Shown: positions 1 to 11,442, numbered from the whole stretch's first letter. The stretch: 57,564 nucleotides of DNA, filler included, from Asterionella formosa (GCA_002256025.1; 5 parts of 5 records of this genome joined end to end with filler, not necessarily neighbours in it), one strand, 5' to 3'. Numbers and translations: made by a program. The notes: a model not told the origin generated them from the letters alone.

Positions 1-139
1 TACTAGTGCCTACGAGGACAAAAAGAATTATAGCACGTTACTTTGTCTATGACAAGAAAATTATTGGGTGTTTGGTTCCACCTCGAGAAAAATGTACAGG
101 GGGGTCCAGCAACCATAGGGGGGGTCCAGGACAATGAAG

Positions 140-810
140 TATACGGTACTTCTAGTTAGATACTTCACCAGGTACCAGGTACCGTACTGTACGCCGGGGT
201 AAACTAACAATGCTACATACCGGTACCTATACATGAGGTATTAATTAGACTACCGGTACCGGTACGTACAAGGAAATGTACAGGAGTAGGAACCATTGTA
301 CCTGGTACCTGGTACCTGTTTATCATGGTATGAGTACCAGCAAGTTGCGGTCATTTTGCTTTAACTAACAATTTAATCTAGGATAAAGATAGATAAATCT
401 TTAGTTTCAGCAAAATTACCGAAACTTGCAGGTACTGTACTGTATGTACCTTATGTGATTGCGCACATGGTTACCGGTACAGTAGGGAAATTGAGCCGGA
501 GAAAGTCGTTGGAATGAAAATTGCCCCGGAAAATTTGAACAATCGCTGCAATGATTTTTTTAACGAGAGGGAGAACCAGCAGTTTTGCAAGTTGCATGTA
601 TTTTTACCGAATAGGATGAAGATACCAGGTACACCAAATACAAAGAACAGTACAAAATCCCAAACGTACTGGTGATCCTACCAGTACCAGGGTACCTGGT
701 ACCAGGTACCGTTAGGTATGTGATACACACCTCCTGTATACGGTATGTTCGTCTGTCATACCAAAACCTGTAACAAATTTGAATATATTTGATGTACTAC
801 CGGTATCGGC
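140..810. repeat. Island of TA-CCAGG-TA / TA-CCGG-TA / TA-CTG-TA palindromic micro-repeats
   Basis: e.g. 173-191 TA CCAGG TA CCG TA CTG TA; 299-316 TA CCTGG TA CCTGG TA CC; 678-712 several more. Confidence 0.75.
337..432. mobile_element. ~96-bp Tc1/mariner-type (Stowaway-like) MITE, copy 1
   Basis: 24-bp TIRs with 3 mismatches (CCAGCAAGTTGCGGTCATTTTGCT vs revcomp of right end CCTGCAAGTTTCGGTAATTTTGCT); TA at both 335-336 and 433-434; AT-rich non-coding core; homologous copies at 5976-6092 and 57472. Confidence 0.8.
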
Positions 811-1035
811 ATTCATATGGTCGTGTAGGATGCATGACGATCGGTTTGAGCGATTTCTTTGTGAGGCTCATACGTGACACAAACTGCGCATTTGTTCCTA
901 TCATCACAGAATTTCACTCCTGTCATCAACTCTTGACACAATCATAAATTTCCTTTTTTCTTCCTTCTACGACTGTTCTTTTCATTGCTCTTGGGCTATC
1001 ATCAAGTTGAATCACAACACGCTCCACAAACTGCA

Positions 1036-1230
1036 ATGTCTATCGATTTGGCAACCTCCATTTCCGCTCTGGTGGGAACTTCGTTACTGTTGTTCTTTGC
1101 TACATCGCCTCGATCATCAGTCGTCAACGACGAGACTGAAGGAGAAAGGCAACTCAAGGGCTTTCTGAAATACAGCAGCTACCATCGGAGGAAGTATTCA
1201 AGCACCTCGAGCAGTATCGCCAGCAACTAG
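1036..1230 (+). CDS. Possible small (64 aa) membrane-anchored protein
   Basis: ATG at 1036 after a CA-rich leader; N-terminal hydrophobic stretch (SISALVGTSLLLFFA) then a basic/Ser-rich tail; no recognised homology. Confidence 0.3.
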   Translation: MSIDLATSISALVGTSLLLFFATSPRSSVVNDETEGERQLKGFLKYSSYHRRKYSSTSSSIASN

Positions 1231-1443
1231 TTCCTTATTCAACAAGACATCTCGAAGCGGTTCGCCGCGATTGCGATTGGACGACTGAAGAACAGAAGTG
1301 AAAGTTGCTAAATGGTTTAGGAACTTGAAAGCCCCAAACTAGTGCTCCGAGAAGCTTATCGTAACAACAATACCACCTATAAAACGAAGTAAACGCAGTA
1401 TATAACATATTATAAAGTACATTGCAGTGTCCAACAATCCAAC

Positions 1444-4400
1444 TTAAACCGGAACAATCTTCCAATCTTGAGACTTCCCGATGTCATACAAATGATTCAG
1501 AAATATGTCGAACACTCCAGTCCTCTTCATTTCCAACGCTCGCTCGTACAATTCGAATGCAGCCTTTGCATCCTCCACTGAATCGTGGAATTCTTCTTGC
1601 ATATCTCGCCTCAATACGTAATTGGCGAGATATCGAAGTGACATGTATCGTAACTGGGGAAAATGGAATAGCTCGACAGTATCAATAATGTGTGTTGGTG
1701 GAACGTACAGGTTGGCCATCAAAAAGTCTTGGGACAACCCGTGACCGACCCAAATGCAACCTCGCTCCATGAGGAAACGTAACTTCAAATAGGCAGCCCT
1801 AGTGGAGATTAAGTTATGAGGGGATGTCTTCGGATCCAAGTCGCTCGCGACAATGCCTGAAAAGCGGGTGAGATAGTCGACTACTGGTTCACGCGGAAGG
1901 ACATGATCATCGATGATAACTCTCCCGGTTGAGCAGTCGATGATCGAAATACGACCCAAGGCGCGGCGAGAGTCCCTAACTGTCACCTTTCCCCCCGATT
2001 CGTCCATCAAAGCAATTTCTTCCTGGACAGACACGAATTCAGCATCAAAAGCTATCAACTCTCCTTTCCCCGGGAGGTCTGATGGGCAAAGAACAATTTC
2101 GTTAGATGCTCACTTTGACGGGCCAGACACACCTTGCACGTTTCAAGCATACCAATGGAATTCTTCACTGAAAACTTGAGAGGTTTCAGGGAGCGTGTTT
2201 GCATGACACTGACAGGCAGTGGAGACGGCTTTTCATCAAATTTCACTGGCGGTGTTCCCATTGCTCGAAAAACCACCAAACAAGGCTCCTTAAACTCAAC
2301 ATTAAAACCACGTGCATCGTCCACGAAGGTCGGATTGACGACGAAGCCATTAAACAGAACCCAATCTTCCGACCTTTCCTTGTCTCCTGCTGAAATGCGA
2401 TCCTTCGCGATCTCGGCTCGCTTCTTGACGAGCGCGGGATCTAGGCTGCCTGTCATGGTGAGTTTCTCGGCGCATATCTGATTCTCGGCAACTTTTTGCA
2501 AGGATTTTACTAACTGTTCGGCATTATCACGCTGGCGAGTTAGACAGCGCTTCTTATACGTTTGAGGCACTCGTACGTGAAGAACGTGATGGCCATCAAC
2601 TCCCTCCCCGACAATCTTGGGATCCATATCATCTCGAATGAATGATAAGACGGCTTCGAGGCGATATTGGTACTTTTTCGGAGAAAATATATCCTTATCT
2701 TTCGTTAGTAGGTCCGAGATTTCCTTTGGCAGCTTGAGGTCCCCATGGAATTCAGTCCATTCTTTTTTCCCATCATCCAAATCAATTAATTCTCGGACCA
2801 CGACATTCCCATCATCTTGGATCTCTACCTCGACGAACTCCGGTAACCAATGGCCATTATTGATACCATGGCCTCGCCACAAGAACATGCCATCCTCTTC
2901 CTTGCGACCTGCACACGCGCATGAAAGGGAAAGAATTTCTGGAAGTGACGTAGCCAACTTTCGTTGGACAATTGTCTTGAATGATTTTGTTGATTGGCAC
3001 CAAGCCCGAATGCGTGATTCTCGACACAAGGCGTGCTGGAGAACTTGTCCGAACCGATAGGTGTGCTGCGTTGTTGAATTCTTTGTTTGTATGAAACGAT
3101 CGTAGTCTAACCCAACTGTTAGTGCTCGATTTGACTGGAAAGTTGGCTCGCCGGACACATCAATGAATTGATTGATACTGACAAAGTTAAGACCATGTAA
3201 GCTATCCATTAGCTTGGATCCATTTGTTTTCCTCCATCTGGCCTCTTTGTCAAGTTGATGAAGGAGGAAGCGATAAAAGGCTTCTGCGCGTTGCGCTCTA
3301 TCAACTGCAGCAGGGTTGTTGTCGAGCAGCGCCAAAGCATCTGCTTCAGGCATGGTAGTAAAAGCAGAAAGAAAGTTGATAGGAACAAAAGCGTCGACAT
3401 AGGGCGAAGTGTCACCATTAGGGTATATTGTCGCACTTTTGGAAATGCTTTCAATGTGGTGATACAAGAAACCAAGTTCTGTACTCAAGAGTGACATCTT
3501 ATCAACATAATTGGAGACACGAAAATTGTCAGATTGCGCTGCTAACATTGCAGAGCGTATTTCAGGAACAAAGTAAGTCAACATCAAGACGCTTGGAGCA
3601 TATGAACTAGGCATCGTGGAAGGATAGTCCCAACCAGGCCAGATTCCAGTCTTGTTGTAAGGTCCATGCTCAAAGAAACGTATTGACACATAGTGAGGGC
3701 GAAGTGTTGCTTTATAGCGTGCTGGAATTGAAGCACATTCGGATGCTGTGGTGTTTTCCAACGAATCTTTATCCTCACCCTTTGTTCTATTCTCACCCCA
3801 TCGAACGTCTGCTTGAAAGCAAATTCTTGCTAATTTCTCAGTGTACAACAGTTTGTTGGGATTAGGCAACTTTTCTTTCTTGTGTCCCTGGAGCTCCAAA
3901 GAACTCTGGTCTTCAAGTAAATCCAAGTGCAATGCAGATGTTGGTATAGTTTGTACAATATCACCGTCGTTCTGTAGAGCCTCCCGAATTAGAGTTGATG
4001 AGACCACCCGTTTACATCCACCAATCATAGGTGCGTCGGCTAGTGGACCAAACGTTGACGGTTCATTGGGGTTCCCTAATGGAGTCACGACTGGATTCGT
4101 GCACATCGTGTAGGCACCGAAAATACTCTTGATTCGATCTGTTGGTCCATTTCTTAGCCCATTAGGTTGATTCATCAAGACAACCGGATCAATCGAAAGA
4201 GCAGGAATCGGGGGCACGTAGTTTGGAAAATCAAGCAGTTGTCGTTCTTCCGGCTGATCATGTCGCATCTTGGTTCTTTCATATCCGGATAACTGATACT
4301 GAAATACATTGCTCTTGGAAGTTCCTACAGCTAGATATTCGTCCGAAACACACATGCCAGTCATTCTTTCTTCCAATTCAAGGGGAGGAATCATGAAACT

Positions 4401-5798
4401 GCTCGATGATACGTTAGTTACCGATCCAAAAGGTTCCAGAACTTGCAGGCCACCTCGTATTTGACTGCTTGCGGCAATGATTCGGTTTCTTGGCATCCCT
4501 TCCATATCTGGCATAAACTCCACAAACCTTGGCGATCCTCGAGTTCCAGAAAATGAATGCATGATTCCACCTCTGCCAAGATACCTTGCATCATAAACAA
4601 GCAAATGCTGATCGGGTAAGCAGTGCGGTAGGTTATAAATGTTGCTCCGTGATGAAAACCCAGTAGTTGCAATTAATACACCATCTTCACTGACTGATAT
4701 TGAGTTTACACCACCATTGTGAGATTTGACGTTGGCAACTTGGCCGCGCTTGATCCGTCCCGACCCATCGAGAAAGCGTATAGTTCCATCAGAGCATCCT
4801 GCCAGGACAGTATTGTTGGAATGATTGGAAGCCGTACACATGACGCCAAGAGTATCTTTATCCATGGATGTGGTCAAGGCTTGAGAGGAAACGATTCGAA
4901 GATTTTGATACAAGTCCATGCAATGTACCTGTGCCTTGTTTTGTGCCCCGGTGGAAATGCCCCCCACGGATATATGTGTCACGGCATCACCGACATGCGG
5001 ATGAGGCGTGGCACATATCATGCCTTCAATCTCATAGTCACTCACACAGAGCCCACCCTGAGTGTGCACCCTGACTGCGCCTGGAGATACGGTTACCAGG
5101 TATCCATTTGTTGCCAGAATTTCTGATATCCCCCAATGCGACGTGTTGGGAGTGAAGCTGGCCAAGTCCTTGGGCTCTGAAGCGCTTAGTGTATACGAAT
5201 AGCACGGTTCTATTGCACGTGATGGTATGGGACGATGTGTCGACTCAACACGCTGGCCTCCATAGAAGGTAGTGTATACCGCTTTGAGGGTGGAGATAGT
5301 CGCTTCCGGATGAGCGGCGCAGCTTGAATAGAGCATTCCATCCAAGGTCGAATGAGCAACTAGCATGGATGCCTTGTGGTGGCTGAATCTTCCGGTCTTT
5401 CCGAAGGTCTGTGTCAGAGAAGCCACATGCAGTGCGTGGTGGCTATCCGAGTAGCAAAGAGCCGAAACGGGCGAGCCGTACAGTGTTGGTTGAAGCGAAC
5501 CCAGAGCATCGTAGTACCCATATTCCACCGACGCTGGAGCTGACGCATCTTGATTCTGACCGTATTGCAGATATAGCTCTGATTCCTGGTATCCGTAGAG
5601 TTCCGAGAAGTCTTGGAATGGCTGCGTCGGATCTGAATGTGGATCGCCGACTAGACTTGGCGGCATTCCTTCTTGTTGCTGGAAGCCCCCTGTTGCGAAT
5701 CCATCCGGGCATTCTTCCTGATGGCGGTCATAGCTTGCGTTGTATCCGCCTTGGGGTTGCTGTCTGTATGGATTGTATTCACCCGCACCTGGGTTCAT
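1444..5798 (-). CDS. PAN2: PAN2 poly(A) nuclease catalytic subunit (WD40 + pseudo-UCH + DEDDh exonuclease), 2 exons, ~1426 aa
   Basis: Exon1 5798-2153; intron 2152-2079 (GTATGC...CTAAC...CAG); exon2 2078-1444; spliced reading NSI-D-LPGKGELIAFDAEF; exonuclease motifs AFDAEF, GHGLSQDF, HDSVEDA; PAN2 motifs VVDYLTRFSGI and AWCQ..K in the UCH region; WD-like N-terminal part. Confidence 0.95.
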
Positions 5799-5975
5799 GT
5801 TGATAGAACGAAGAATGGCGGCGCAGATATGTGTTCAATAGATGGAAGTAAATTTTGTTCCATCAAACATACACCTATATATCAATGAAATACCGGCATA
5901 TGATATAAATACAAAAAGATTTATAAATAAATATGCCAAGCATTCATCCGAGTCTACAGGTACCTGGTACTGGTA

Positions 5976-6092
5976 CCAGAAAGTTGGGGTCATTTGGCTT
6001 AAATAAAGCGGTAATTGTGCTAAACTAAAAGTTTAGCTATTTTTATCCGATATTAAATTGTTTATTTAAGCAAAATGACCGAAACTTGGAGG
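5976..6092. mobile_element. MITE copy 2 (reverse orientation relative to copy 1, with an extra partial end)
   Basis: 6008-6092 aligns to the reverse complement of 337-432; TA flanks at 5974-5975 and 6093-6094; embedded in a TA-CCTGG-TA-CTGG-TA chain. Confidence 0.75.
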
Positions 6093-6294
6093 TACCAGAG
6101 TACCTAACACGTATTACCTGGTATCAAAAAATCCAAATGCATCTTGCTTTCCATTCAATATATGTAGTAGCTCTCACTCCAATCTTGATTTGTCAAAAAA
6201 ATCCAAGCTCCCAATGAACCTGACAACATTCTATGCGGAAATCCCATTGGTATAGTCGTAGCAGGTTTTTCGTTTCCATCAACATAGTAGGAGT

Positions 6295-6518
6295 ATCCTT
6301 ACTTCAGTTTGTTGTACATGTTGCCTTTGATCTGAAGTTGTGTGGTTCGATTCCCACGAATTTTTTGTTAGAAGCAATTGTTGGGTTTGACTCCCCCACT
6401 CCTTACCATCCCACATGGTCATGCCTGGTGGTGTGCAAGAAATAGTGGGTTTGACCCCCTAGATATCAAGTAGCTTGTTGTGCCGCCTTACTAGGCAGTC
6501 AGAGTATCCCCTGATGCT
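6295..6518 (+). mobile_element. tRNA-derived SINE-like repeat, copy 1
   Basis: Degenerate tRNA-like head (TACTTCAGTTTGT...CCTTTGATCTGAAG..GTGGTTCGATTCCCAC) with a B-box, followed by two more B-box-like hairpins; homologous to 14701-14887 on the minus strand. Confidence 0.55.
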
Positions 6519-6850
6519 AAGGCGCTCACATGCATTGAGCATTGTCTAAACATAGTAACATCAAATCGGTATGAAATTATATTGCCACCACGAGTGGCAG
6601 TATTTCATGAAACCAAACCCGAGATGCTGTCAATTTCAATGATATTCCAAAAATTGTTCATATTTTCGATATTCTTTTGTTAGCTAAGAAAACAAAAAGA
6701 GTTGTGTAGAATTTAGTTAGGAAATTTTCTACATTGATAGAAAGGATTATTGATTTGCTAGATATTTAGTCAAGAAAGGTAGTCCTGAGTTCCCTGAAAA
6801 AACTCATTTTGCATTTTCGGACACACATATACAAGAAGTGTAGGGTACCT

Positions 6851-7046
6851 GACAGTGATAGTGATACTAGTGACAGTGATAGTGATACTAGTGACAGTGA
6901 TAGTGATAGTGATACTAGTGACAGTGATAGTGATACTAGTGACAGTGATAGTGATACCAGTGACAGTGATAGTGATACTAGTGACAGTGATAGTGATACT
7001 AGTGACAGTGATAGTGATACTAGTGACAGTGACAGTGACAGTGACA
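6851..7046. repeat. 21-bp minisatellite (GACAGTGATAGTGATACTAGT)x~8 plus AGTGAC units
   Basis: Directly visible tandem array; translates as (DSDSDTS)n in one frame but not within a gene-sized ORF. Confidence 0.95.
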
Positions 7047-8275
7047 TTGATGTTTTCTTCTGAAAGTTGGAGTGAGTGAGCAATGAACTGGCATTTTTGT
7101 CGGATGGTTTACATGTGGTGATGGGTGATGTTATAGGGTACATATATAAATATTATATATATATATATATATTTATAATAATTAGTAACAATATCACCGG
7201 ATTTCAAATGATCCTAGCTATGATTGTTACCAGTACTTTTAATCTAAAACACATATCCAAAATACTCCTACCAGATAATTCATATAATGTCTAACACACT
7301 GTCATGAATAAATTTGCAGTTAGGTGTACCAGTAACACATCTTGCATGGCTGTGCACATTTTCAAATCAGTGAAATTTACCTTTCCATGTCGATTTCAGC
7401 AACTACGATAGTTGACAGAAAATAAATATAATTTGTTGCCATGTACAAGGATGCATTATAGAATGGCCTCATAAATGGTTCAGCCAGCTCAAATATATAT
7501 TCATATATTATCTGCCACAGAATCACAATACACCTAATAGTCACTTCATCACCAATAGTTTTCCTTTAAATAATAAAATGAATGGCTGTAAAAGATGCAT
7601 TTGATTAAGTTGTAACGATGCATAAAACCAGTGCAGCTTGAAATTGACAAAAAAAGGAAATGGAAAATGATAGAAACCTGATAGCGATTATTTCGTGTAA
7701 AATCTAAGCGTGTTTTTCAGTTGATAGGATTGCAGCAATTTGAAAATCGATAGTTAGCAACTTACCACTAGCTCCATGAAAGATTGGAATGTCGCATCCC
7801 CTGTTCTTATTATTGTAGTAGATGGAGCTATTCAGTTGCAGTGTAATTAGGAAGAAGTAGTTTGAGCCATTCAGTTGAAAAGGAAGACCTCAATTGATCT
7901 AATCATGATAAATATTGATGCTGAGATTACGATGAATGGTTTTGAAAAACAGATAGTAACGATTTTCAATGAAAAAATAAAATTTTATTAATGGATATAT
8001 CGCAACACCAACTCATTGCGTTTTGAATACTAATAGTATCGCTCGGCCTTTTCTACAAGATATGTAAAAGAATCTACCAATTGCAACAAAGTTTGCGAAG
8101 AAAGGATAAAACCTAATGTCGACAATGGATATTGAACACCTCGATAAGTTGTTTGCATTTTTGTATTCTCAAAGCAAATATACATTCATGACTGCAAAAA
8201 TCGCTCAGTTTTGTCATCATAACGCAGACCGACAACTTTATGCGTTTTGAGCACATGCTCGGTTTCGTCTAAAAC

Positions 8276-8875
8276 ATAGCTATGTGAACAAGGAATATAC
8301 ACAATTGTACAAAATTGGACAAGAACGATAATTTTTTTCTGCAAATCCACGTCTGTGAATAGATTTTCCATTAGATCTAACGTTTTACTCAGCCAGCATA
8401 CATAAAAAAACTGATTGATAATTCAAATATTTTGACATGTTGATAATAATTTTGATATATCAATGGCAGTGTCTGCATGATCAATCAAATTTGTACATTA
8501 GGTTAGTAGCATACACCTGTTAGGTTATGTGTATATAAGAACTCGTATATATTAGTTACCAAATCTAATCAGTTAACCAAAATTGTTGATATATTGATCA
8601 AATGTTGTGTTATGTTGATGATAATTTTGATATATCAATGACCGAGTTGGTGTGGTCAATGAAATTTGTTTGTCAGATTACTTTCTTACACACGTCAGGT
8701 TACGCATAGATAGAAGTCATATATATTAGTTATCAAAACTAATAGGCTAACCAAATGCTTTGATATATTGATATGTAGTTTGATTGATCAATAGCATATG
8801 TGAACAAGGAATATACACATCTGTACTAAATTGGACAAGAATGATAAAAAACAATTTCTGCAAATCCAGTCTGAA
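8276..8875. repeat. Nested direct repeats: ~80-bp pair (8276-8358 / 8791-8875) enclosing a ~175-bp tandem pair (8436-8605 / 8611-8775)
   Basis: TATGTGAACAAGGAATATACAC...TTTCTGCAAATCCA occurs twice; TGTTGAT.ATAATTTTGATATATCAATG...TGATATATTGAT occurs twice. Confidence 0.7.
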
Positions 8876-9688
8876 CACCTTAATTGATTTCTTTTTTAAA
8901 AATGCAAGTAGCTACACTGCTTCATCAAATTAGATAAATTATAGGGCATACAAACTCACTCAATATCGTCATAAAACCACCAACTTGTTACGATTTGCTT
9001 GTTTGAATAGCTACCTTGTGTATGTGCCCCTTCCTTGTCTGATTTCTTCCAACTCACCTCTAGCCGTAAAAAAATTACACCACCAGGACATGTAAGCACG
9101 ACCACGCCAGCTGGTTTTGATCTAATTGTACAATGTTGTGCTACAAATGAGTACGCATCATGGCCCTGCAAGGATGTTGATAATGAGCTAAAACGAAGTC
9201 TAAACAATTGAAAATAATCGACTAATATAGTGATGGTCTTTTACAGCATTTATTTTGTTCAAATCAACCATATAAATTTACATGAAGGTCCATTCAGGTA
9301 ATACGTGGCTTAGATGATTGTTTCAAAGATGAATCATTTCCGCTGCAAGAAACATGAAGGTTTGGATAAAAAGTGGACAGTGGAATAATTGTGGGCTTAG
9401 TATGGCAGTTCAGTCTCAACTGGTGCATCGCATTAAACCAAGCAATAAATCTAAGAAAAAGCAGGGATGGGTGACAAAACAGAAAAAAGCCTAGAAACGA
9501 AAAGAGTTGTTCAAAACAGAGGACAGTGGTGCAGAGAAATGATGCGAAAACTCTGCAGCAAAAACAGCTTTGAATTCAAATGGTGGAGGTAATATGAAAG
9601 AATTAGTGAGGACAGATGGAGGGAAGCAAGATCATTCAGATATTGGTATGGGAAGCAAACAATACTTTAGTCATGCTATCACTCAAGG

Positions 9689-11442
9689 TCAACCATTGCC
9701 AACTTTCCTTGACCCATTTGTATGATCTTGCTCATGGCTTTTATACCAAGCTATGTCCAATACTCGAGCAGCATCTCTAATTATTGCGAAATTTGACAGA
9801 GTAGAGTGGATTTTCATATGAGAGAGAACACCGATTCCATCATTAAAAGACTGGCAACAGAATGGGCATAAACGTTTGCAAGTCTTGGCTAATCTTTTCC
9901 GTTTAAGAGGAATGCTCCAGACCCTTTTCAGACCAACAGCAAGAGCTGCTGCCACCTTAGCAGAAGGTGAGAGAGGGATCTTGGCTTCTGGGGTTGCTTC
10001 AATTTCCTTCAACAACTTCTCCATTTTATATTGTCGAATAAAATTTGGGTCAAAAATGTTTCGTTCTGGTTCCCAAGTGCAGTCATTCAATGTAAACCCT
10101 TTCCATTTAATACAATATTCTCGACCACCATTCCCAATAGTACGGTCATCAATAATGGCTTCTACTTCAAAAATCCCTACCAATTGGAACTTTTTATCAA
10201 CCTTTGGTGCCGAGAATTTCTCTGGCATTGAATCTACTGAATCATTGATACTCTTGACGTCGTCTGTTTCATCCATTTCATCACAGCCTTTATGGATCCC
10301 ATCCTCTGATTCAACATGGTCCAGCATTTCTTCGTCATCAATACTTCCTCTCGTGCTGCTTACCCGATATTCACTTTCACCGGTTTCAGTATCACCATCA
10401 TCGTTTGATGCTCTCTTTTGGGGTTTTAAATTTGGAGCACACCCAACTGCATTGTTCTGGTGCATGGCTGTTGTAAGGACGGGATGTGCCACCATGATGA
10501 TTTCTGCGATCATATTGGCGTCTTCGCTTGCTAGGACTTTCTCGAATGGAGGTAACTGGACATGTTTTAGAGATGCCGGTCGCGTGAGAATGGGATCTAC
10601 GAAGCAACCTGGTATCATGTTTGAGTCTTCACTGACTTGGACTCTTGGTGATGGAACCATTGCGTTATGTTGACGCTCGGGAATTGTGAGCGCAGAATTG
10701 GCCGCTGCAACTGTCGGGATTTCTTTGACGTCTACATATTCGCTTGCTACGCGTTGTGATGATAGAGCTACCACCTTTCCTATAGATGCAGGTGTTGTGT
10801 AAACAGGATCTCCCACAATGATTTCTGTCATCAAATTTGTGCCTTGTTCGCTGGCTTGGACTTTCTCTAATTGCGGACTCTCGATCGCGTTTACCAAGCT
10901 TTCAGATTTCACAGTTGTGATTTCAATGCATGGGACTCGATGTTTCTCCAATACCGTATAAGTTTGAGACAAACGGTTTTGGAAAATAGGATCTTCCACG
11001 TTATCTGAGATTCTACAGGTTTCCCCTTTTCCTGAAGCTTGTCCTGTACAGTCCTTCGCATGCTTCTTATCCTTGTGTTTTGCGAGCCCATTATCTGTCA
11101 CGCTTTCAGATATATGATTACTGCCTCGGTAATCTCTCTTTGATGGTAGTAGAATAAACGACTTAATTTCAGGCGCGAAGGTCTTAGGAAGTAGTTGAGC
11201 CAACGTTTCGTTGATGGTTGTGATTTCGTTAGCTGGCCATTTTTGTGGCAAGAAGGAGATGTTTTGAGTACGAGACAAAATCGGCGGAATTTGCAGCACA
11301 GCGGCCTCTTGTTGTATTTGTACTGGAAGCGCCGGCTCGTTCTCCAGATTTATGTTGATATCGGTTGTTCGTACAGAAGGAAAATGCGCTTGCGATTCAT
11401 TGAAACAAGTATCAATTAGATCTTCAACCTGTTTGCAACCGT
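9689..11442 (-). CDS. Chromodomain + C2H2 zinc-finger protein, 5' end lost in the gap
   Basis: Chromodomain FEVEAIIDDR...EYCIKWKGFTLNDCTWEPERNI; C2H2 CPFCCQSFNDGIGVLSHMKIH; the frame stays open from 11299 up to the gap at 11443. Confidence 0.8.

Noticed and set aside
2055..2152. Separate PAN2 and exonuclease genes, or a programmed frameshift
   Set aside because: A canonical 74-nt GT-AG intron with a CTAAC branch point joins the ORFs in frame
6295..6360. Functional tRNA gene
   Set aside because: The T-arm/B-box is good, but acceptor and anticodon stems do not pair; it is part of a dispersed repeat
6766..7143. ORFs with SLSLSLV / VIVILVT repeats
   Set aside because: Alternative-frame translations of the minisatellite
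9876..10673. 265-aa plus-strand ORF (and similar antisense ORFs over PAN2, pepN, TUL1 and 54821-55465)
   Set aside because: Shadow ORFs antisense to well-supported genes, with no motifs
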